A DNA stretch of 64,000 nt from Chlorokybus atmophyticus. Taxonomy: Eukaryota; Plantae; Mesostigma and Chlorokybus algae. Positions within the stretch are counted from its first letter, which is position 1. Each line of letters opens with the position of its first letter. Location of the stretch: assembly GCA_009103225.1 (NCBI GenBank), contig RHPI01000008.1:424015-488014 (forward strand), written 5' to 3'. Made by a program: the position numbers and the translations under genes. The notes beneath the pieces are model-generated. The model saw nothing but the letters and a program-made list of their open reading frames with translations. It had not been told where the DNA came from and searched no databases. Below are positions 55,269 through 64,000 of this stretch, in pieces.

Positions 55269-56575
55269 AGCGCTTCCGCCACCCGGCCCGTGGGCTGCCA
55301 CGTGGCAAGCTCTTTAGCTGCAAGAAAAGCCCACATGGATGGAAGCTTGCATGGTCTACTAGTCCTTCCGCTATTCTCCACACAGTATCTTCCGGAAGAC
55401 AAGGTGCTTGATTGCTGGACATTCCGGACCGTCAAGTTGGGAGCCTGCGGGCTGTACGTGGTATATGGCTGCATTGCCAACGTGCGCATGCTTGCTTGCT
55501 TGACACCTTCGCTTGAATGCTTACGTGCTTGGCAGGTTGCTAGCTTGGTTGTAGATGCTGTACAATTGCTTGCTTGCTAGTTCGCTTGCCGAAGCTTGCT
55601 GGCTGACTTGCTTGCCTACTTGAATGCTAAACAGCTACTTGCTCGACTGACTGGCACCAAGCAGCTTGCGTTATTGTGTAGCTGCCTGCGTACTTGCTTG
55701 ATTGATGCTTGCTTAGCTTAGCTTGACTGCGTTTTGCTGTTGAATGGTTGCTGGCCTGTTGCGGCGGCGGTGTGTCCGTGCGCGTGCCACCTGGCCGAAG
55801 CAAACGTGGAAGAGGCGAGGGTGGTGGCGTGGCTGCGAGGGTGAAAAAGCTGGAGTGGCGTGCTGCTGTCGTACACACATGCAGCAGGCGAGATTGCCCC
55901 CTCAACCTCTGTAGTGTGCCTTGCCAGTTTCTGGTGCTTTGCATTATGGTTTAATTTCGCGTCCCTGATTGCTTAACGTGTTTACAGACGCCTTGACGTG
56001 AGGATGATTGGTTGTTGGCATGCACTTCTGTCTGCTTGATACGTCGTGAAGAAATCCACCTAACAGCACTGTATGATGCTTCTGGTTGAGTACAGAAGAA
56101 GAACTAGATCTCCGTTTTCTGTGTGCTGTCCCCTTGCTGTGAGCTTAAAGCTTGCACGACAGGGTGACTGATAGCCATGCGTGCAATTGAGGTTGACGTG
56201 GTTACTTGTGTAACCCAGCAGGCGTTGGCTGTGGCTGTGTAACGTCCTGTGTCGATGGCGAAGGGCGAGCGCAGTTCCATGCGGCAACGTGCAACATGCA
56301 ATTCAGCCATGCGGCATGCGGAGTGCTTGATTGTGTCGTTTGAAAGCGCCCAACTACCTGTTAGTTGACATAAGGTTGGGGAGGCAGCAGCAGCCCAGCC
56401 TAAGACGAGGATAAGATGTCACTATCACAGGTAAGTAGTGAAAGAGTCTTTACAATTCAGTATCATCCGCATCACATGGACAGTACGCATCACACAAGGC
56501 GATGGTATTGTTATGGATATACAAGTTGCTTGCACAAAACGTCAAGCTACTGCAACGATAGCAGCTTGTTATAAA

Positions 56576-59500
56576 ATGCAGGCAGTCAATGCAGCTCTTG
56601 GTGGTTGGACTCGCCGGCCGGACACATTCAAGCTGCGGCTGGTATATGCCATCAGGCGCGACAACGATGGAGGCAGTAGCCCAACAGCGCAAGCAAAAGC
56701 GCAGTTTGAGATTGAATGGCAGCCGTATGAAAGCGTATCCACTGTCATGCTGCGACTTGCTGCCAAGCGGTCCACCATTCTGCCTGCTCTTCTAGCCTCA
56801 GAGGTCAGCCAGTAATCGAGTATCGCAACTGTTTTGACAACTGCATGGCGTGTTTTCTTTTGCAAGGTAACCACATGCGCTTGGCAGTGTCCTAATTTTT
56901 TTTGCATGCAGCGGCGAGTAGTTGTACAGCTTCAAACCCAACAGGATGGCAGTGTCGTGGTGGTTGCTGAGATGGAGCCACTGACTGCAGATCTGGTGGA
57001 TGTTTCACTTCAGCGGGCTGCGGGCGCCACGGTCAGTTCTGTGGCCGATATGTGTTGGTGTAGATGCTGGGGCTTGTGATGGACTTAAATCCTGCAATAG
57101 CCATCATATAATCACGTGTGTTATTGTCTATCACAGCGCACAGTATCACTATGGGACGAGCCCGGGACCCTGTCCTCCATGTTTGAAGACACTGCATTGG
57201 AGGTAAGTCAAACCTAATGTCCTAGATAGATTACAAACCTCTTGAGACTTCTAAAAGGCGTTGACACAAGTTGCTTGCATGCCTGAGCCATTCGTGCATG
57301 TTGTGTAGACTGTGCGGAGAGTTGTACTCGCGGAAGGTGTTGCGCGATTTTGGTCTGATCGCGCCATGGTGTGGCAGTCGCTGAAAAGCTTGAATCTCGC
57401 GTCTTGCAACTTGGCAGTGAGTTCAAATTTGGCATAGCATGTGTTTGCGTATGTGCGCATAGGCATGCATGTGTTGCTGCAAGCCGCCACTCGACGGCAG
57501 ACTGAACTGGTTCGCAGGTTTTGCCTGTGGAGGTTGGAAGCCTTCCCGCTCTGCAGACATTGGTACTTGAAAACAATAAGCTGACAGCCTTGCCGGCAGA
57601 GTTAGGCCAGCTGTCAAACTTGGAGAACCTGAGCGTGGATCACAACTTGCTCGCGACTGTGCCCAATGAGCTGAGGCACTGCGCTCGCTTAAAGATGTTG
57701 TCATTTGAGGACAACAAGCTCGTCACTCCTCTCCTGGACTTAAGGTCAGATTTTGCAGCTACACTAGACTTGCCTTGCGTTGTTGAATTGGTAGTTGAAA
57801 ATTAATGTTCTCTAGGGCAATGACAAACTTGCACACGCTTCGACTGGTCATGAACCCGCTCGAGTACGTGCCAGAGATTGTGCCCTGTTTGCAGCTGCGG
57901 CACTTCACGCTTGCCAATGTGCGCATAAGCGGGGACGCCGCCATGAACCAAGTTAGCGTCACGCTGGATGACGCCGCCACAGCTGCAGCCGGCCTAACTT
58001 CCTCTATATTCACGTATGTGATGCGCGGTAGCGCATTGCGGATCAGCTTGCATTAGATGATAGTTGCAAACCTGCCAATGCCTTGCAGGCTGTATGCACG
58101 GCACAATTGAGTATGTGCAGGTACACAAAGGCTCAGAAGTGGTCTTTGTTCTTCTCCATGATATTTCGATCATCTTGTTGCCAACACCCTTTGGTAGCCA
58201 CGGCAATCACGATGGTGGCAGAAGACCGTGCCAGTTGTGCGGCTATAGTAGCACAGCCTGGAGCGGTCCAACGGCTGGTGTCAATGGCTCTTAGCGATAA
58301 CCTCCACGTTGTGAACCAGGCTTGCACAACCCTCACGCATCTTGCTCAAGACCCAACGCTAGCGCGCAGGTGCGCACCTGTAGTGCAAAATTCTCCCTTG
58401 TGAAGCGTACTCTTTGCAGCAATTGCATCCTCTGTGATTGATTGTTTATCACTATGGGCGTCAAACCACTGACCCAAGTAGTAGTTATCATATAGGGTTC
58501 CCCAGTACAGTAATTGTACTCGTGCAGGCTGGTGGATGATGGCGCATTGTCGTTGGCCCAATCTTTGATCAAGTCAGAGAACGAGCGCACACAGGTTGCT
58601 TCTGTAAAACCGGGTTGTACACGTGTGACTTCATGTGTAGTGCCAGACTGCGTCTAACTCTCGTCGTCCACAGGTTAACGCTCTGCGGGTGATCTCCAGT
58701 CTTTCAGTGGCGTCCGATGACATGAGCGGCATGCTGCTCACTGAGGGGGTGATGCAACGTCTACAGAAGCTGTGCACCGTTGATTGCTTGGGTGTACGCA
58801 GACACGCCCTCACTGCCCTCGGCAACTTTGCCTTCAGGTATTGCGTGTACAATTACAGGTCCTTGGCAGCATCCTGCTAACACAACCGGAGATCATGGTG
58901 GTGTTCATGCGCAAACAACCTCCGCAAGGCGCGTATCAGCCTGCTGACTGTGGTGTCCTGTCCTCTATTTCGCAGCAATGAAAGCCGGCAGACCATTCTG
59001 GAGCAACAGGGATTGAAGCGTGTGCTTGTCGAGCTCGCAACTGCAGACTCTCCAGAGGAAGAAAGCGGTTTAAAGCTGCAAAGTGTGGAACCGGATGTCC
59101 AAATGCAAACGCCAGCAGAGGAGAAGATTGGAGTGATCGCCGCAGCAAGAAGGGCGCTGGCTATACTTGGAGAGAATGACGCGCTGTGCCAAGCTGTAAG
59201 ACCAAGGCGGATGCCGACACGAGGAGTGCGTGTCCTCTCCCTAGATGGTGGCGGCATGCGCGGTGCGTTTTGTATTTATAAGAACCAAAGCAGTCAGCTG
59301 TGTACCCTCAGCTGCATGCTCTCTGTGGAAGCGTTTTTCAACAGCTAACACAAAAGGTTGATTGCCGCTGTGTAGGGATGGCGACTGTTCAAATGTTGCG
59401 ACGCTTGGAAGAAGGTGCTCGTTGATTATGATGGATGGCGCTATTGTTGTGCTGTGTGCAATTTCGGCGATGATGATTGCTAGCTTTGAAAGAACAGTGT

Positions 59501-62500
59501 CTGCAATCCTGCTGCAGGTACTGGCCGCAGAATATTTGAAATGTTTGACCTCATTTGCGGGACTTCAACGGGAGGCATCATGGCCACAGCAATTGGCGTC
59601 CGTAGAATGACCCTTGACGAGTGTGAAGACTTGTACAAGTACGTGCTCGATGGAAGCTGTGCTTAACACTACATTGTTACGAGCACATTCTTCATGCTGA
59701 CTTGCACAGTTCAAGTTGCAAAGCGACTTACAACATTGCCTGTGTGATCATAGGCAACTTGGCAAGGAGGTCTTCAAAGAGCAGGTGAACAAGGAAGAGG
59801 CGACACATACCGTCTCTTGGAGAGAGCGCCTTGACTCTCTGTACAAAAGCGGCACTCAGGTGTGTTGTCATGTGACAGCGCCATTAGCTGATCAGTCATT
59901 GCATTCACCATCCGTTTTGTTCAGCTTTTTACATGACCATCTTTCACTGCCGAGCAGGGCTTTCGAGTAGTGGTTCACGGCTCCAAACACAATGCTGCAC
60001 ATTTCGAAGAGCTGGTTCAGAATATATGCTCTGACTATCACATCGGCCGTCTGATTGACACAGCAATCCTTGACGGACCCAAGGTACGTGTCCAGCAAGT
60101 GGCTGCAAGCATACACAAGTGTACAAGCCCCGTAGTATGCACCTCTGTAAGACAGGTTTTGTTGATTGAAACGCATATTAGGTTTGCGTGGTATCAACAA
60201 TTGTGAGTGTAACTCCGGCGCACCCGTTTGTCTTCCGCAACTACCAGCATCCTCCTGGCGCACCATCGTCGCGCCCATGGGATGCGTTGCAGATTGTAGC
60301 TGGCAGCACTGGCAGCAATGCTGCCACAGGACAGAAGGACAACGTGCCAGATGACTCCAGGCCTTATGCTTACATGGGCAGCTGCAAGCACCTCGTCTGG
60401 CAAGCCATACGAGCATCATCTGCCGCCCCATATTATCTCGATGACTTTGCACTGGACAACAATCGATGGCAGGTAATGCTCCACCAGGCATTGTATTGTA
60501 TACCTAGCCGTAATCCACTGTGACCTTGCTGCGCCTATTGAAGTGTGTTGCACACTGCATGTTTACAGGATGGTGCTATCACTGCAAACAACCCTGCAGT
60601 TGTTGCTATCAAGGAGGCGCGCACGTTGTGGCCGGACCTCCCGATTGAGTGTCTGGTGTCCGTTGGATCAGGAGTGGCACCTCCTAAAATCAGAGGGAAA
60701 TCCTGGCGGTACATTGATACGGGCCAGGTCCATGCTTTGATACTTGTGTGCGCACAGTAATAACACGTATTGAAGTGTGGTATATTGCGCTTGTAAGCTC
60801 CCACACAGTCAGCTGATGTTACGCAATTGGTCTTTGTTGTGTTATCAGGTTTTAGTGGAAAGCGCCTGCTCCACTCACCGAACGGAAGAAGCTCTTGAGA
60901 CTCTTCTACCTCTGTTACCAAACTTGTCCTACTACCGATTCAACCCTGTCGACGACAGGCAAGTGATGGTTTGTTCACTGGGCATCAGCGTGTGCATCAC
61001 ACTCTGATGCCTCCAAAAGACCTATCTGTCATGCTTTCTGCAGGTGTGAAATGGAGATGGATGATACGGATCCACGAAGCTGGGAGCGTCTGCAACAGGC
61101 TACCAAGGAGTATATTGAGCGCCTTGATAGCAAGTTCTCTGCCGCTTGCGTACAGCTTGTGGAGCCGTTCCACAGCTCAGCTGTCAAGGGCAACAATGTT
61201 CTCACGCTCGGCAGCCGGTGCGCAGAACCCAACGTGCTTTGGCCTTATGTGCACAGCCAAGTGCTCAACATCCAATGTTGTCATTGCTTGGCAGGCGTGG
61301 CATGCTGCTGTTAACCGCTCCGCATGTTCTGATGCCGGAGAATGACGAGCTTGCTGCCCAGCTTCAAACTTTCTGCCAGCGGCATGCAGTTCCGTGGCAG
61401 CAAGTTGCATTGCCGCAAACAGTCGCTGCCTCTCGCCGTGCAAGCCGCGAAAACTCTGTTAGTCAGTCTCCTTCAACTCCACGGAGTGCTGCAGCTCATG
61501 TGAGTAATTTTTCTGTAAAATCCGTTAACATTATTTTATCTGTTCTACATCAAGTTGCAGGCAACACGCACACGCACACGCACACTCACACGCACATTTG
61601 TATAAGGTCATTTAAAGTAAGTTTGCTTGTTTCTTCCCTTCGTTTAATCGTGATCGCAAGAAGTTGACCTTGCAGGGAAGTGCATCCCTCGGCACTCCAG
61701 ATGGCCCCACCAGCGTGTTGCCAGCAGCCACACTTTCGCCGCTGCGGCTGGGTGACGCATCACTCAATGCCAGCGCATCTACACAGGTATTGCTGCCAAG
61801 AACATGTACAAACAAGTGCTCGTCCACTACTTTCTCTGAATTTGCGCATATGTGTGCCCGTGTGTGGTGTCACAGTCATTGCCACAGCCACCTGACGTGG
61901 TCATGCACGTCTGTATAGAAAGGCAGCAGGCAAGCTGACAACACGCTCGCTGTCATGAACGATCTGTTGCAAGCACGGGGCGCAGATTCTGGTCTCCTGC
62001 ATGTGCACGCTCACGGCACGTCAGCTGGACTGGTGCTGAGGTACGCAGTTCACCATCTCCCTTGATTGTGGAGTGCAATACATCAACTACGATATGGTAC
62101 ATAGCGTCTGTCACGTGCAGTTGGCGGACGGACATGGTGGCCATCCCTGAGCCTAGTGAAGCCGCAACAACTTTCTTAGCAGCGGCAGCAGATGAAACTC
62201 CGTTTACCACAATGGCAGAGTTGTGCGACACTGCACCAGCCATAACCATCAGCGGCATACTGCATGTGTATGCTGGCAGACACACGCAGGTGAGCCTCGT
62301 CACGTGAAGCTGCTACTCCATCCTCCTCTGTTTACTGCTATTCCATCCTCCATGCACTGTGCTTTGCACTGGTGCTGGACTGCAAATCTGTTGGCAGGTG
62401 TTGGAAAATGGAGAGGAGATAGGCGCCTTCCTTTTCAGACGAGCGCTTCCGGCAGTTACTCTGGACGTGAACGCAGTGCACATGCTGGTAATGGCATCCT

Positions 62501-62920
62501 CATGGTTTGGTAGCGCATGGCACACTTCATTGCTCTTGGCTTGGAGAGCTGACTACTATCTTGCTGCACTTGTACCTACAGACTGGCATCTGGCGCAACC
62601 GCATCATCACCGCCGACGGCTTTGTTCCATCACCGCTGGTGGAGGCCCTTGTGGCGTGTGGCGCAAAAGCAGTGATTGCACGGACTCATGCGCAGCCGCC
62701 AAAGGACTCAACATCTGTTTCGCAAGTCGTGCATGCGGCTGCGGGCGCCAGTGAGTTGACCCCTTCTCCTGGGAAGGATGTTGTGCAATTCTTCACTGCC
62801 TTGAACAAGGCGCTGTTCGTGTATGATGAGGATGTCCAGACTGCGTTTGCGGCAGCCATGGATGCAGTGCCAGGTTGCAAACAGTATCGATGTCGTGTAA
62901 ATGTTGACTTGAAACAGTAA
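56576..62920 (+). CDS. LRR-Armadillo-patatin phospholipase of the plant PLA-I (AtPLA1) type, many exons
   Basis: N-terminus GWTRRPDTFKLRL resembles the recalled plant GWKRPSEIF. LRRs (ENNKLTALPAELGQL, DNKLVTPLLDL) and ARM repeats (HVVNQACTTL, VRRHALTALGNFAF, AARRALAILGEN) precede patatin motifs DGGGMRG, GTSTGG and DGA, plus GSCKHLVWQAIRASSAAPYYLDDF. GC-AG intron at 60959-61043. Confidence 0.95.
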
Positions 62921-63313
62921 ACTATGTTGTGGACTTGCGTGTAAAGATCTCAGACACTATCGTGCATCAAGTTGGTTGACAGGCGGTAGATTACAACTGG
63001 TTGCTGAGGGTTTGTGCTGTCTGTTTGCGCATGGAAGTTGAGCAAATACAGCAGGACAATCTGGAAGGGGATGTTGCACACTACACCAATTGAGCAGATA
63101 GATTCTTGTTGCAATGATGTCGCATAGGAGCTGCTTAACAAGCAGCCGCTTGTCAAGCAGCTCTTCTGCGAGTTATGTATAGTGCATACTTGTGAAAGCA
63201 AACGAGGAGTAAGCTATGTGTGCTGTCGCATTGCACTGCAAGCTGCATGTAGCGTACAACAAGGAGTGTTTTCCTTCAACAATGATTTTGCTGTTTTGTG
63301 CGCAGACATATGT

Positions 63314-63812
63314 CTATGCATTGGGGTGCTTGGCGTAGTACTCTTCTTCATTCACTATAAGCTCTATTTCACGACCCTCGGGAACCTCCCACGGCTTCCA
63401 CTCTGCCAGACGAGCTTAGCAGACATCAAAACACACCCACACCATGCAAGACCATGGCTCCATCAGGCGCCACAACACGATCAGCCACAGTCACTTCAGC
63501 ACCAACCAACGTTCAACATGACACACATACAGCAACATGTGGCTCCACCACGCGACAACTACGCAACCAATCACCCACCTGCCATCTTGGGAATCAGGCC
63601 GTGCTCGCCCTCAACGCTTCGAACCACCTCCTCTATCTGACCCAGCCCGATGCGGTTTTCAATCTACCCGCGCAGTGCATGAGTAAGTTGGTAGTTGTGT
63701 AGGACATATTCCAATGGCACGCATGCATGCATGTGTTGCCATCACCTCGTTGACGTCCTCCGACTCTTTGCACACTTTTAGGTAATGGTGTGCAAAGCCC
63801 TCTACACTTTTC
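63314..63812 (-). CDS. NDUFA5: Complex I subunit NDUFA5 (B13), last three exons; the gene continues toward or beyond the window end
   Basis: Exons 63812-63746, 63663-63579 and 63402-63314 splice to (R)KSVEGFAHHYLKVCKESEDVNE|IENRIGLGQIEEVVRSVEGEHGLIPKMA|EWKPWEVPEG...HPNA*, matching the family motif GQIEE...KM.EW.PW. Confidence 0.9.
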
Positions 63813-64000
63813 CTGTATGTAACGTTGACATTGTTAAGTAGGAAAGGTATCAGCCAGGATGGCGATGCACTGTTCATGTTCACGTCAAGATCTGGTACCT
63901 CACCGAGGCATACACATTGGACGACAGAGTGAGCACAACTCGTAGCTTATAAACTGTCAACAGAACTAAAAAACACGATTGCACAGCCCTGACGTAGATG

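Noticed and set aside
55490-55740. Degenerate (GCTT)n region upstream of PLA-I
   Set aside because: This is simple-sequence decay in a probable 5' UTR or intron, with no higher-order structure.
63659-63883. Saposin-like reading of the 74-aa ORF (…AIGICP)
   Set aside because: The central part is an NDUFA5 exon, and the Cys-containing tail is intron read-through.

Overview
Intron-rich eukaryotic nuclear DNA, most likely from an early-diverging streptophyte green alga that still makes flagella. This is inferred from IFT-A, IFT-B and OFD1 genes sitting beside plant-type TPI with 8 introns, a plastid-targeted anthranilate synthase and an AtPLA-I-type lipase. From left to right: the 3' half of a decayed Ty3/Gypsy chromovirus, a probable LTR and a second decayed element (1-5.8 kb); a ciliary block of IFT139(-), IFT56(+) and OFD1(-); cytosolic TPI(+); a gene-poor stretch (22-25.8 kb); a bacterial-style PAS-PAS hybrid histidine kinase(+); an acidic hypothetical gene(-); an AT-rich island; anthranilate synthase alpha(-); a TBC RabGAP(+); a coiled-coil hypothetical gene(-); a Dabb-barrel gene(+); an EF-hand gene(+); an atypical Nudix hydrolase(-); an LRR-ARM-patatin lipase(+); and the 3' exons of NDUFA5(-). 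Gene models were spliced by eye and family assignments come from recalled motifs, with no database search. The most notable signals are three contiguous ciliary genes with a head-to-head IFT139/IFT56 pair, recurrent extended G-box palindromes between divergent gene pairs, an 81-nt near-perfect hairpin, alternating blocks of microsatellite-rich and plain genes, four AG|GCAAG introns, and two short exact duplicates next to gaps that may be assembly artefacts. No rRNA, tRNA or CRISPR array was found.
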